Assembly (NCBI GenBank): GCA_963695435.1
Contig: OY968788.1
Coordinates: 280,004 to 344,003 of the forward strand
Direction of reading: 5' to 3'
Source of the DNA: an uncultured bacterium
Lineage (GTDB): Bacteria > Patescibacteriota > Kazan-3B-28
DNA: 64,000 bases
In this document: positions 15,892-25,677 of the stretch, one piece after another
Numbering within the stretch: position 1 is the stretch's first letter
Layout: every line of letters starts with the position of its first letter
Made by a program: the position numbers and the translations under genes
The notes under the pieces: model-generated
Seen by the model: only the letters and a program-made list of their open reading frames with translations
What the model was told of the DNA's origin: nothing
Databases searched by the model: none

Positions 15892-16030
15892 AGAAATTTG
15901 GAATATCTGGTCTCTGTATATGCTGTATGCTGATGAGTGTTACCGAATGTTAGTCTAATTTGATGCCAAAAATGCTAAATTAGCTACGCCCAGATAAGAA
16001 AAAAGCATATTTCCAAATTCTTCTACCGGG

Positions 16031-16059
16031 TTGACACTGTAATAAAAGTATGGCATAAT
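16031..16059 (+). promoter_or_regulatory. Near-consensus sigma-70 promoter TTGACA-17-CATAAT
   Basis: ttgaca at 16031-16036, a 17-nt spacer, cataat at 16054-16059. It lies about 35 nt upstream of the 16093 ATG. Confidence 0.5.
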
Positions 16060-16092
16060 GCGACCTAGCAGGGGATACTAAAATTGTTTTTT

Positions 16093-16470
16093 ATGGGTAA
16101 GAATAATTCCAATAAGCACGAGAAGATTCGGGTGGAAACACCTAGAGGGCTTGAGGCGCTTGAAAAGATAGATGGTGATTTGGGCAGGGCGGCTGAATCT
16201 AGGATAACAAGACGCACGGAAGGGATGTTAGATACAGAGCTTGTTGGTAGTGACGGTATTGATGACTCTAGTTTGCGGAGAGCATTTCATGCGGGGATGA
16301 GCGCGGAGGGGCAAGTAAAACCAGCTAGGCGAGAGAGACCGACAGAAGTAACCTCTGGCTCCGTCGTCCGTGATGCGGTCAAGTTAGGAGAAGAAGCGAT
16401 TGAATTTGGAGGATCCGCAATCGGTCTGACGATTGAAATGATGACTGATCTTAGTGATAACGCTAAATAG
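16093..16470 (+). CDS. Small acidic cytoplasmic hypothetical protein
   Basis: About 125 aa, no TM. Start chosen at the first ATG (16093); the TTG at 16084 is also in frame. Confidence 0.5.
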   Translation: MGKNNSNKHEKIRVETPRGLEALEKIDGDLGRAAESRITRRTEGMLDTELVGSDGIDDSSLRRAFHAGMSAEGQVKPARRERPTEVTSGSVVRDAVKLGEEAIEFGGSAIGLTIEMMTDLSDNAK

Positions 16471-16477
16471 GTAATAA

Positions 16478-18901
16478 ATGACAGGTTTGTATTTAGGATT
16501 GGGGGTGGTTATCGTATTGGCCGGTATCGGCTGGTTTTGGTTATCACAAAGAAAGTCAAAAAAAGGATCGGATGATGTAAGAAGTCGGGTGAATTTGATG
16601 ATTGCGGTTCCGCGACCGAAAGAGGAACAACAAGCGCCGGATATCAAGGCGATTATTGCGCCGATGGAAACTATTTTTAGTAATCTGGCGGGGATTGCTG
16701 ATGCGGTAGGAAATCGGCATCTAACTTTTGAAATTGCTACCGAACAGGAACTAATTAGTTTTTACGCGACTGTCCCTGTAGGTTTGGTAGATTTTTTAGA
16801 AAAACAAATTACTTCACAATATCCTGACGCAATCGTGGAGCGGGCGCCATACCCAAACTTTTTCCCGTCAGACGCGAAGATTGCCAGTGCTCAACTAGTG
16901 CTTAAAAAGGCAAATTATTTTCCAATTCGTACTTACGCCAATCTGCAGATTGATGGGCTTTCGGCGCTCACTAACGCAATGAGCAAGTTGGCTGATCAAG
17001 GGGCAGGAGCGGGGATTCAGATAATGTTTCGACCGATTGAAAGTAAGCAATGGACGAAACAAGCTCACACGGCGGCAAAAAATTTGCAGCAGGGGAAGTC
17101 CAGTTCATCAATTGGTGAAGGGGTTATGAAGGGGTTGGGTGATTTGGTGACACCGACAAATAAAGACGGAAAACAGCCAGAAAATAAAGCAATTACTGCC
17201 GGGCAGGAGGATGTTGTACGGGCAATCGAAAGTAAGGCCTCAAAATCAGGATTTGAGACGGTGATTCGGTTAGTTACAACCGCGCCTGATGAAAATCAAG
17301 CAAGAAGCCATCTAAGAACATTGATTGATAGTTTTTTGCAGTTCAATGCGCCTGAACTGAATGGTTTGACGGTGGCGAAATATCCCGAGATAGAAGTTTT
17401 GAAAGATTACATTTTGCGTCAGTTTGGTGACCCGCGAAATTCATTTATTTTTAATACAGAAGAATTAGCGACAGTTTTTCATTTGCCGGGGCTAAAAACA
17501 GAGACGCCAAATATTCGTTGGCTGAAAGCGAAGCGTTTGCCCGCTCCTGATAATTTGCCGAAGCAGGGGATTCTCTTAGGGAAAAATGTTTATCGGGGCA
17601 TGGAAAAGCCAATCAGAATGGAGACCGATGACAGGCGCAGACACATTTATGTAATTGGTAAGACTGGTACAGGTAAAACAACTTGGATGCAAAACATGGC
17701 GTTGCAGGATATCAATACAGGCGAAGGTGTTTGTGTAATCGACCCACACGGTGACATGATTGAGTGGCTTTTGCAGAGAATTCCGAAAGAACGGGTTGAT
17801 GATGTGATTCACTTTTATCCGCCTGATACAGAGAGGCCTTTAGGGCTGAATTTGCTGGAAGCAACAACTCCTGCCGAAAAAGATATGGTAGTTTCGGAAA
17901 TGATTGCTATCTTTTACAAATTGTTTGATCCGAACAGTGCGGGGATTGTCGGACCGATTTTTGAACACTATATGCGCAATGCGATGCTTCTGTTGTTGGC
18001 GGATGAAACAGGAGCCACACTAATTGATATCCCCAGAGTATTTACGGACAAGGCTTTTCGGGAGGCGAAACTCGTCAATGTGACCGATCCGACTGTTTTA
18101 CGATTCTGGAAAGAAGAATTCGCCCAAGCAGAAAAAAGTAATCAGGTAGGGGAGTTGTTCTCCTATATCATCAGTAAAATTGGACGATTTATCAGTAACG
18201 AAATGATGCGCAATATTGTTGGACAAGCGAAAAGTTCGTTCGACATTCGCAACATAATGGATAGCAAAAAGATTTTGCTGGTGAATTTGGCAAAAGGTTT
18301 GACTGGCGAAATAAATAGCAACTTGCTTGGGTTTATTATGGTATCCAAGATGCAGATGGCAGCTCTTTCCCGCGCTGATATGGCGGAGAACTCCCGTAAT
18401 GACTTCTATTTGTATATTGATGAGTTCCAAAATGTGACAACGGAATCGATTGCCACTATTTTGTCGGAAGCAAGAAAATATCGGTTGAATTTGATTATTG
18501 CGCACCAATTTGTGGCACAGTTGGATGAAAAGATTCGTGATGCTGTGTTTGGCAATGTCGGCTCGCTGGTTGCTTTTACAATCGGTGCGCCTGACGCTGA
18601 AACAATCGGAAAACAATTTGAGCCCGATGTCAGCCAAAACGATTTGATAAATATCGAAAACAGAAATGCTTATGTGAAGCTGATGATTGACGGGATGGTG
18701 AGTCGGCCGTTTACTATGCAGGCGCCGCCGCCGATGGGTCAGCCGAATATTAAAATTGGCGAGGCTATCAAACAACTGTCGCGGTTGAAGTTTGGCAAAG
18801 ACAAACGAATTGTTGAACGGCAGGTGGGTGAACGCATCAAATATACCCGCAATACAAACTTACCCGGAACGGGTTTACAGGGGCCCAATAATCAGGTATA
18901 A
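16478..18901 (+). CDS. Membrane-anchored VirD4/TraD/TraG-like (T4CP family) ATPase, paralog of 6174..8966
   Basis: N-terminal TM; Walker A GKTGTGKTT; DPHGDM; Walker B FYLYIDEFQNV; EARKYRLNLIIAHQFVAQL...VFGNVGSLVAF. The N-terminal domain is also conserved with the 6174 protein (GFETVIRLV / GFQTMIRII; ELATVFHLPG / ELASIYHLPN). Confidence 0.8.
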   Translation: MTGLYLGLGVVIVLAGIGWFWLSQRKSKKGSDDVRSRVNLMIAVPRPKEEQQAPDIKAIIAPMETIFSNLAGIADAVGNRHLTFEIATEQELISFYATVPVGLVDFLEKQITSQYPDAIVERAPYPNFFPSDAKIASAQLVLKKANYFPIRTYANLQIDGLSALTNAMSKLADQGAGAGIQIMFRPIESKQWTKQAHTAAKNLQQGKSSSSIGEGVMKGLGDLVTPTNKDGKQPENKAITAGQEDVVRAIESKASKSGFETVIRLVTTAPDENQARSHLRTLIDSFLQFNAPELNGLTVAKYPEIEVLKDYILRQFGDPRNSFIFNTEELATVFHLPGLKTETPNIRWLKAKRLPAPDNLPKQGILLGKNVYRGMEKPIRMETDDRRRHIYVIGKTGTGKTTWMQNMALQDINTGEGVCVIDPHGDMIEWLLQRIPKERVDDVIHFYPPDTERPLGLNLLEATTPAEKDMVVSEMIAIFYKLFDPNSAGIVGPIFEHYMRNAMLLLLADETGATLIDIPRVFTDKAFREAKLVNVTDPTVLRFWKEEFAQAEKSNQVGELFSYIISKIGRFISNEMMRNIVGQAKSSFDIRNIMDSKKILLVNLAKGLTGEINSNLLGFIMVSKMQMAALSRADMAENSRNDFYLYIDEFQNVTTESIATILSEARKYRLNLIIAHQFVAQLDEKIRDAVFGNVGSLVAFTIGAPDAETIGKQFEPDVSQNDLINIENRNAYVKLMIDGMVSRPFTMQAPPPMGQPNIKIGEAIKQLSRLKFGKDKRIVERQVGERIKYTRNTNLPGTGLQGPNNQV

Positions 18902-18948
18902 TGCCTCGGTCAGCTAAAAATACAAGTAAAAACGAAAGGAAATAAAAA

Positions 18949-19470
18949 ATGGCAGACAAATCAAAAATCGAGATGGTAAAGCAGCTGCTGGAAACGGCAA
19001 CCGCTAATTTGGCGTCAGCTAAACAAGTGTTGGCTGATCTGTTGGGTGTGTCTTTTGATGATGTATCGGGCAAGGCAATGAATCTGAAGTCAGAAGGCAA
19101 TGTTGTTGAGGGTGTGTTTGATGGTCAGTATATGTTGGATCACGATGGTAAGAAATATCCAGTTCCTGCCAACTACGCCAGCAAATCTAAATTGGTGGTA
19201 GGGGATGTGCTGAAATTGACTATCCAAGATGACGGTTCATTTATCTTCAAACAAATCGGACCGGTTGATCGCAAGAAACTTTTGGGAACGCTGGTATATG
19301 AAAATGATGAATACAAAGTAGTGGCGGGCGGAAAGTCGTTTGCCGTACTACTGGCTTCTGTGACTTACTTCAAACTAACTCCGGGTGACCAAGTGACTAT
19401 TCTGATACCTGAAGGTAAAGAAGATTCACATTGGGCTGCGATTGAAAATGCAGTGATACAGAGTGATTAG
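18949..19470 (+). CDS. Hypothetical protein, possibly a small beta-barrel/OB-like C-terminal half
   Basis: 173 aa, with an AAAGGA RBS 7 nt before the ATG. Confidence 0.5.
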   Translation: MADKSKIEMVKQLLETATANLASAKQVLADLLGVSFDDVSGKAMNLKSEGNVVEGVFDGQYMLDHDGKKYPVPANYASKSKLVVGDVLKLTIQDDGSFIFKQIGPVDRKKLLGTLVYENDEYKVVAGGKSFAVLLASVTYFKLTPGDQVTILIPEGKEDSHWAAIENAVIQSD

Positions 19471-19494
19471 CTCTTGAGGGAAACAAACCCAATT

Positions 19495-20310
19495 ATGAAG
19501 ATATCGGTATTGATTATTGCCCACAATGAAGCGGGTAATATTCGTGAATGTTTGGAATCAATTCAACGGCAGACACAAAAACCGGATGAAACTATTTTAG
19601 TGGCGCATAACTGTACTGATAATACAGTTGAGATTGCGAAAGAGATCCTGAACAAATTTCAGGATGACGGAATAGTATGGCGGATAGTTGAGGAGCATGG
19701 TCCCGAAGGGCCTCTGTATGCCCGAATTAGGGGTTTTAGGGAGGCAACGGGTGAAATCATCGCTTGTATTGATGGAGACTCAATTGCGGCTAAAAACTGG
19801 CTTCAGAGGCTAATTTCCAGATCTGATAGGAGGAAAAATGTGGCTGTTGGTGGGGGAGTCTGGCTCCGAGGAGGCCTGAGGGCTTTTTTGATGAGTTTGG
19901 ATTTCTTTTGGTTAAAACCAATTTATGCACCAAATAGATTGAAATATTTTTGGGGAGCAAACTTTTGTATTAGGAAAGATGTTTATGAAAAAGTTGGAGG
20001 ATTAGTACCGCTAATCAAAATTCGTGAAGAAATATACCAACAGGATTTGAGAAAACAGGAACTAGATCCTTCGGCTACGCTCAGGACGGCGTTCTCTAAG
20101 ACTAACGAGTGCCGACTAGGCCTTTCATTTGACGCAGAAGACCTGTATTTGAGTCTAATGGTATCAGCAGTCGGCAAAGTGGAGATAGACCCATGGGCGG
20201 TAGTGGTGAGTAAAGCTACGGAAACAAATTGGAAAATTCGTACGCGGATTCAGGGAGAAGATAAACAAAAACTAATTACATACATAAAAGAAGGTTCAAA
20301 TAAGGTCTAG
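19495..20310 (+). CDS. Glycosyltransferase family 2
   Basis: ISVLIIAHNEAGNIRECLESIQRQT is a GT2 N-terminal signature, with a DGD acceptor motif. The TTG at 19474 is an in-frame alternative start. Confidence 0.75.
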   Translation: MKISVLIIAHNEAGNIRECLESIQRQTQKPDETILVAHNCTDNTVEIAKEILNKFQDDGIVWRIVEEHGPEGPLYARIRGFREATGEIIACIDGDSIAAKNWLQRLISRSDRRKNVAVGGGVWLRGGLRAFLMSLDFFWLKPIYAPNRLKYFWGANFCIRKDVYEKVGGLVPLIKIREEIYQQDLRKQELDPSATLRTAFSKTNECRLGLSFDAEDLYLSLMVSAVGKVEIDPWAVVVSKATETNWKIRTRIQGEDKQKLITYIKEGSNKV

Positions 20311-20408
20311 GGGGTACTTCTCTTTACTCCTTATATGATGTCGTACAAGATACAATGTGCGACACTGTCTATTCTGTTGGGGTGGTACTATTTTTGTGTT
20401 TGTTTATG

Positions 20409-20484
20409 TTGTCATTCTGAATGTAATGAAGAATCTATAGTAATAATTTATTTATAGACCCTTCGACTACGCCCAGGATGACGA
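20409..20484. repeat. Imperfect-palindromic intergenic repeat (MITE/REP-like), copy A
   Basis: TTGTCATTCTGAATGTAATGAAGAATCTATAG...CCCAGGATGACG; shares its ends with five other copies. Confidence 0.7.
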
Positions 20485-20568
20485 TTATTGATGCGACTCC
20501 CCTACTTGGTGTGTTTAGGCGGTTTGACAATTACCGTATTTTTATTTGAAATAATTTTTATACGAAAA

Positions 20569-20612
20569 GAGCTAGGCGTTGTGTGATATTGCTACCACAC
20601 GCTGCCTAGCTC
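20569..20612 (-). terminator. Hairpin terminator for the minus-strand ORF 20659..21354
   Basis: gagctaggcg...gcctagctc stem, followed on the minus strand by an A/T-rich run TTTTCGTATAAAAATTATTT. Confidence 0.35.
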
Positions 20613-20658
20613 GTTGTGATTGTTGTTTCCCCTGCTTACTGAATAACAGGGATAAGGT

Positions 20659-21354
20659 TCATTTCCAGTGGGACGGTGTGTGTGGGCGCGAGCCTGCGAA
20701 TCTCCCACTTTCGTAATTGGGGGCTCGTCCCCCTTGGCCGGTTAAAACTGTAAGGGGGACCTTGGCGTTCGGATCTCGCATCATAACCTTTGCGACGGTG
20801 CAAAGGAAGGTCGATGCCGAGAAAACTTCGAACCTCATGCTATCCCCCTGCAAGTTTCCTCCCTCGGGGTCGGTCGCTCTAAAGAACAACCAATCCTTCG
20901 AGACTTCTTCATTGAGTTCGTTGTATTCTTTCTTCTTCTCACTCCATATGCGAGAAGTCCCAAGCCGAATTGGGATTTCTATCCCTGCAAGGTTGCCATT
21001 GAGAATTGCTTTGGCAGCCTTAAAGATTCTCACGGTCTGGAGGATTGTTTCCAAGTGTTCCCCACATCCGCCGAGGACACCAGATGTTTCTGAGAGGTCG
21101 AGACCAATCTTCTTGGAGAAGAATGGTATCTCCTCCATCGAGGCCTCGACTTTAAGGAGAGAATTGTCGCTCTTCTTCATCTTGCTGTGTCGTACAAGTG
21201 ACATAGCAATAACAAGTCCCTCGTAAGCAACGGTCTTAGTCTCATACAGTTTCGGTTCACCTTCCGGTTGGAAGATAACCTCAGCTGTTAGAAACTCAAC
21301 TATCTTTTCTATCTCCCTCTCCTGCCTAGTCTTCTTGATTGCGTCTGCGTACAT
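20659..21354 (-). CDS. Hypothetical protein
   Basis: 231-aa ORF with protein-like composition and a low-complexity GC-rich C-terminus. The overlapping plus-strand ORF 20717..21226 is judged spurious. Confidence 0.5.
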   Translation of the reverse strand: MYADAIKKTRQEREIEKIVEFLTAEVIFQPEGEPKLYETKTVAYEGLVIAMSLVRHSKMKKSDNSLLKVEASMEEIPFFSKKIGLDLSETSGVLGGCGEHLETILQTVRIFKAAKAILNGNLAGIEIPIRLGTSRIWSEKKKEYNELNEEVSKDWLFFRATDPEGGNLQGDSMRFEVFSASTFLCTVAKVMMRDPNAKVPLTVLTGQGGRAPNYESGRFAGSRPHTPSHWK

Positions 21355-21465
21355 TCGGAGTCCCCTTTGAAAATAAGATGTTCAGGTACAGCACATAGGC
21401 ATCCTTAGGCGGGAGTGCCTTATCACATTCGATACTACTAGATTTTTGGCTCCCAGTCAAGGAAA

Positions 21466-24400
21466 TCAGGCTGTTTGGCTGGAGCCGTTGCCGTTGTGGA
21501 TCTTGGAGACGATTTTAGTCAGTTCTTCCAGCCAATCACCCGCTAGGTCGGTGTGGTTGAATTTGATATCTTTCTCCCCTATTTGAAGAGTTGGGAGAAG
21601 TTTGATGACGGGTTCTAGTACTTTTGGTTTGAGTGGTTGGGTAAATTGAATAGTAATGGAATAAAGCGGCGGCAAATTACTTGGATTGAGGTTGCGGGCA
21701 GTGATGGAAGTAATTAGCTGGGTCGCTAACCCTGCAAGTTTCAATATTAATAGTTTCTTGAGATTGACTACTTCGGTCGGCAGTTTGCCATAATTTTCCT
21801 CAATTCGTTTAAATTCTTCCGTGAGCGCTGTTTCATTTTCAATAACGCCAAGCGTTTGGTAAATCTTCAGGCGCTGACTTTCCGCATCTACATATTTTAC
21901 TGGCAGGAATGCGCTGACAGGCAAATCGATTGTCACATCCGATACATCAATCTTTCGCCCGCTTCGCATTTCGTCAACTGCTTTATTGATGAGTTTGGTA
22001 TAAAGACTTAAACCGATAGCAGTAATGTGTCCATGCTGCTGTTTGGACAGAACTCCACCGGCACCGCGAATCTGCATATCACGCATTGCGATGTTATATC
22101 CGCTTCCAAGTTCTGTATTTTCCTGAATAGTTTTCAGGCGTTCCAGAGCACGTTCCGACATTTTGCCCTTGTTGTACATAAAAGTGGCATAAGCTTGGAT
22201 TTTCCCTCGTCCAATGCGTCCGCGAAGCTGGTGAAGTTGGGATAATCCAAATCTGCCTGCATCATCAACAATCAAAGTATTTACATTGGGGTTGTCGATA
22301 CCGTTTTCGATAATTGTAGAGGCAATCAAAACATCATATTTATGTGCGTCAAAATCTTGCATTATCTTTGCCAGCATTCGTTCGCCCATTTGACCATGAG
22401 CGTGAACGAACTTCACTTCGGGCATCAACTGTTCCAAGCGGTGTTGAACCGTATCAATAGTTTGAACGCGGTTGTGAACGAAATAAACTTGTCCGCTTCG
22501 GCGAACTTCCCGCTCAATTACCTCTTTGATGGTATTACTGCCGTATGGAACGACAGTTGTAATAATAGGAAGGCGGTTGGTGGGTGGAGTTTCAATTACG
22601 CTAATATCACGGATGCCTGAAAGCGCCAGATTTAGAGTTCTTGGGATTGGGGTGGCGGTAAGCGACAATACATCTACTTCGCTACGCAGAAGCTTCAGTT
22701 TTTCTTTGTGTGCCACACCAAAGCGTTGTTCTTCGTCTATAATAATGAGTCCAAGATTTTTGAAACGGATATCTTTAGAAAGTAATCGGTGGGTTCCGAT
22801 AACGATATTTACTTCACCCAGACGAAGCTGAACGACAACTTTGTCTTGTTCACTTTTTGATTTGAATCGACTTAGAGCGGCTATTTTTACATCAAAAGAC
22901 TGCAGGCGTTCAACAAAAGTTTTGTAGTGTTGTTCTACCAGAATAGTAGTGGGGGCAAGGATTGCCACCTGATATCCGGATGTAACGGCTTTGAAAGCGG
23001 CGCGGATTGCCACTTCTGTTTTTCCGAATCCCACATCAGCAACCAGTAATCTGTCCATCGGTTTATCCTTTTCCATATCGGCAAGGATTTCGTTGATGAC
23101 AGTTTCTTGGTCGGGAGTTTCTTGATAAATAAAAGAATCGGCAAGAGCTTTTTCCCACAACTCGTCAGAATCAAAACTAATTCCGCTATTCAGTTGGCGT
23201 TTCGCATACAAGTCCAGTAATTCTTTGGCAAATTTGTGAGATTCTTTTTTGATGCGGGTCATTACTCGCTTCCAAGATTGACTGGAGAGTCGAGTGAGTT
23301 GCGGTTCATGACCATCAACCGAAACATATTTGCTAATCTTGTCTATTTGATCTACGGGAACATAGAGCTTATCCCCTTTTGCGTATTCCAAAATAAGGTA
23401 TTCGCGTTCAATACCACTAAGATCAATTCGTTGAACATCTAAGAGGCGTCCGATACCGTGATCGTTGTGGACGATATAATCACCGCGTTGAATATCTGCC
23501 ATAAACATTCGTTGCTGTTTGTGGCTGGTTTTTGTATCAACTTGAGTGACGATAGAAAAAATCTCTTCGTCGGTTAGAATAATTAGTTTCAGAATCGGAC
23601 TAATTGTGCCAAGTCCTCCAACGGATGTCAGGAGAATTGGATTGTCGCCAACAGCTATATCAGCTTCTTTTAAGATTTGGGTGATTGATTTGGTCTTGTC
23701 TGTGGCAATCCCAATTTGCCAACCCTCTTTCAGATATTTTGAGATGTCTCGGGTAAGTCTGTCAATCTGAGAAGCGTAAATTGAAGGCGTCATAAATTCG
23801 AAATTCAGCTGTTTGATTTCGTCAGACGCGATGGTTTCTATTTTGACTAATGGAAGACGATCGAGTGCTTGGTTGAGTCCGACTAGTCCGACATTTTCAC
23901 TTGCCATAAACACTTCATAGAGCGACTGCAGGATATCCTCTGTGTGATCCATTATCACCAAATAATCCTGCTTGTGGTCATCAAGGAATTCAGCAAGGGT
24001 GGGAGCAAAGTTCTTAATCTTTAGTGCGGGAATCTCAATCCCCTCCTCAGTTCTTATTTTTTGTCCGCTAACAGGATTGAAATTGTAAATTTGTTCAATT
24101 TTGTTTCCATTGAAAGTTATTCGCCATGGATTATCTTGTCCGAGAGCAAAAATATCCACCACCTCTCCCCTACTGGCGACTTCACCAATTTGAAAAACCT
24201 TTACTTGTCTTTCAAACCCGAGTGCAACCAAATCTCCGACGAATTGTGTCAAAGATAATTCGTCACCAACAGATATTTTTAAACTGGTGGCAGGAGCGCT
24301 TAATGGTTCAATCAAATTACGGCTGGAAAATATTGTGAGAGCTTTGGGATGTGCCATATTTTCCCCAATTTTGATTCGTTGTTGAAAATTGGTGATGAAT

Positions 24401-24687
24401 TCCTGTCGATTGAACGCGTCAGAACGAATCGGCGGATAAATATTGGAATCTATTTTGAGCATGTCTTGCAGGAGTTTTTGGATTTTGAATTCTTCTTGCT
24501 CGTTTTTGGTAATAAAGATAATTGGCTTGTTCTGTTCTTTTTGCAAAGCTCCGAGCATCAAAACTCGCCCAAACTGGTTGAGTCCGGTAAGTGTGATGGA
24601 TTTGATGCCGGCTGTCTTCAGGAGGTTACGGAAAGGCTCTGTGTGAGCGAATTTTTCCAGCAGCAGTCGGTAGAAGGTTTCGTCCAC
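21466..24687 (-). CDS. mfd: Transcription-repair coupling factor
   Basis: UvrB-homology N-terminus, a CarD-like domain, superfamily-2 helicase motifs (GFGKTEVA, DEEQRFG) and a TRG motif. GTG start. Confidence 0.92.
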   Translation of the reverse strand: MDETFYRLLLEKFAHTEPFRNLLKTAGIKSITLTGLNQFGRVLMLGALQKEQNKPIIFITKNEQEEFKIQKLLQDMLKIDSNIYPPIRSDAFNRQEFITNFQQRIKIGENMAHPKALTIFSSRNLIEPLSAPATSLKISVGDELSLTQFVGDLVALGFERQVKVFQIGEVASRGEVVDIFALGQDNPWRITFNGNKIEQIYNFNPVSGQKIRTEEGIEIPALKIKNFAPTLAEFLDDHKQDYLVIMDHTEDILQSLYEVFMASENVGLVGLNQALDRLPLVKIETIASDEIKQLNFEFMTPSIYASQIDRLTRDISKYLKEGWQIGIATDKTKSITQILKEADIAVGDNPILLTSVGGLGTISPILKLIILTDEEIFSIVTQVDTKTSHKQQRMFMADIQRGDYIVHNDHGIGRLLDVQRIDLSGIEREYLILEYAKGDKLYVPVDQIDKISKYVSVDGHEPQLTRLSSQSWKRVMTRIKKESHKFAKELLDLYAKRQLNSGISFDSDELWEKALADSFIYQETPDQETVINEILADMEKDKPMDRLLVADVGFGKTEVAIRAAFKAVTSGYQVAILAPTTILVEQHYKTFVERLQSFDVKIAALSRFKSKSEQDKVVVQLRLGEVNIVIGTHRLLSKDIRFKNLGLIIIDEEQRFGVAHKEKLKLLRSEVDVLSLTATPIPRTLNLALSGIRDISVIETPPTNRLPIITTVVPYGSNTIKEVIEREVRRSGQVYFVHNRVQTIDTVQHRLEQLMPEVKFVHAHGQMGERMLAKIMQDFDAHKYDVLIASTIIENGIDNPNVNTLIVDDAGRFGLSQLHQLRGRIGRGKIQAYATFMYNKGKMSERALERLKTIQENTELGSGYNIAMRDMQIRGAGGVLSKQQHGHITAIGLSLYTKLINKAVDEMRSGRKIDVSDVTIDLPVSAFLPVKYVDAESQRLKIYQTLGVIENETALTEEFKRIEENYGKLPTEVVNLKKLLILKLAGLATQLITSITARNLNPSNLPPLYSITIQFTQPLKPKVLEPVIKLLPTLQIGEKDIKFNHTDLAGDWLEELTKIVSKIHNGNGSSQTA

Positions 24688-24691
24688 TGTC

Positions 24692-24720
24692 TTGACGAAA
24701 ATGAATTATTCTGGTATAAT
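24692..24720 (+). promoter_or_regulatory. Strong sigma-70-like promoter TTGACG-17-TATAAT facing an ORF-less region
   Basis: ttgacg at 24692-24697, a 17-nt spacer, tataat at 24715-24720. Confidence 0.45.
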
Positions 24721-24938
24721 AGGGAGAAAAGTAAATGAAAAATCTGGGCGCATAGGCAGCAGAATCTTGGTCACAATAAGATTTGCGAACAGGATTCTCC
24801 CTGCTTATTCCGATCGGTATCCCACCCTTTGAATTTACTTTTAAGGGTCTTGGTAAAAAGCCTCACGGCTGATACCGAAAACTGTGGGGAGAACTACGGC
24901 AAAGGGAAGGGTCACTTCTTCCTTTTGCTTATATAAAC

Positions 24939-25448
24939 CTACAGGTCTTCAAGCAACAAATCAACAACTTCGTTGAAAGCGGGTTTCAGCTCGGTCATTT
25001 GGGTTTTTGTGAAAGGTTCCAGAACATAATCGGTGACAGAATCGGAAGTAGGTCGGCCGATGCCGATTCTTATTCTGGCGATTGAATCAGTTTTCAAATT
25101 CTCAATAACGGATTGCATGCCGTTGTGTCCCCCACTACTGCCGGATTTACGGGAACGAATTGCGCCAAGCGGAAGATCCAAGTCGTCATATACCACTACA
25201 ATGTTTTCGGTTGGGACACCGAAATACTTGGCTACCTGCGCCACAGCTCTACCTGAATTATTCATAAAACTAGTCGGTTTGGCAATGATTATTCCTTGTC
25301 CTTCCGCCAGCTCTGTTTCAGTACGAGTATGTTTTTTAAATTTCAGCTTTAGTTTTTTGACTAGTAAATCAGCAACCATTCGCCCGATATTGTGGCGAGT
25401 TGATTCATATTTTTTACTGGGATTACCGAGTCCGATGATTAGTTTCAT
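24939..25448 (-). CDS. pth: Peptidyl-tRNA hydrolase
   Basis: MKLIIGLGNP...H...D catalytic residues typical of Pth. Confidence 0.9.
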   Translation of the reverse strand: MKLIIGLGNPSKKYESTRHNIGRMVADLLVKKLKLKFKKHTRTETELAEGQGIIIAKPTSFMNNSGRAVAQVAKYFGVPTENIVVVYDDLDLPLGAIRSRKSGSSGGHNGMQSVIENLKTDSIARIRIGIGRPTSDSVTDYVLEPFTKTQMTELKPAFNEVVDLLLEDL

Positions 25449-25450
25449 TT

Positions 25451-25675
25451 TTAGGATTCTTCTTCGCGGAGATTCTCATTTCTTAGTTCTTCTTCTATGC
25501 GCTGGGCTTCTTCAAGTTTTATTCGAGCTTCTTCGGAAATTTCAACAGTGTCTTCAATATTTTCTGTTTTTGAAAACGGCTGCCGATTGTGAAGGTCATT
25601 GGCAGTTTTCTCAATTTTCGAAACGGCTCGAACCGGTCGCCGTTCGCGACTAGTTCCAGAAATTCTTTCTATCAT
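25451..25675 (-). CDS. Small charged hypothetical protein
   Basis: 74 aa, E/R/K-rich, 2 nt downstream of the next gene; likely co-transcribed with pth. Confidence 0.4.
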   Translation of the reverse strand: MIERISGTSRERRPVRAVSKIEKTANDLHNRQPFSKTENIEDTVEISEEARIKLEEAQRIEEELRNENLREEES

Positions 25676-25677
25676 AT

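Noticed and set aside
15893-16021. Inverted repeat AAATTTGGAATAT ... ATATTTCCAAATT framing the module-2 promoter region
   Set aside because: The arms do not match on close inspection (ATTT versus ATT register shift), so this is probably chance similarity in AT-rich DNA.
20717-21226. Plus-strand 169-aa ORF
   Set aside because: It is entirely antisense to the more protein-like minus-strand ORF 20659..21354, and its composition is odd (S/P/R-rich), so it is judged spurious.
24740-24938. SRP RNA, tmRNA or RNase P RNA in the ORF-free gaps
   Set aside because: The conserved SRP domain IV motif AGGUCCGGAAGGAAGCAGC, the tmRNA tRNA-like domain plus tag frame, and the RNase P P4 motifs were not seen in any intergenic region. 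These RNAs are presumably elsewhere in the genome.
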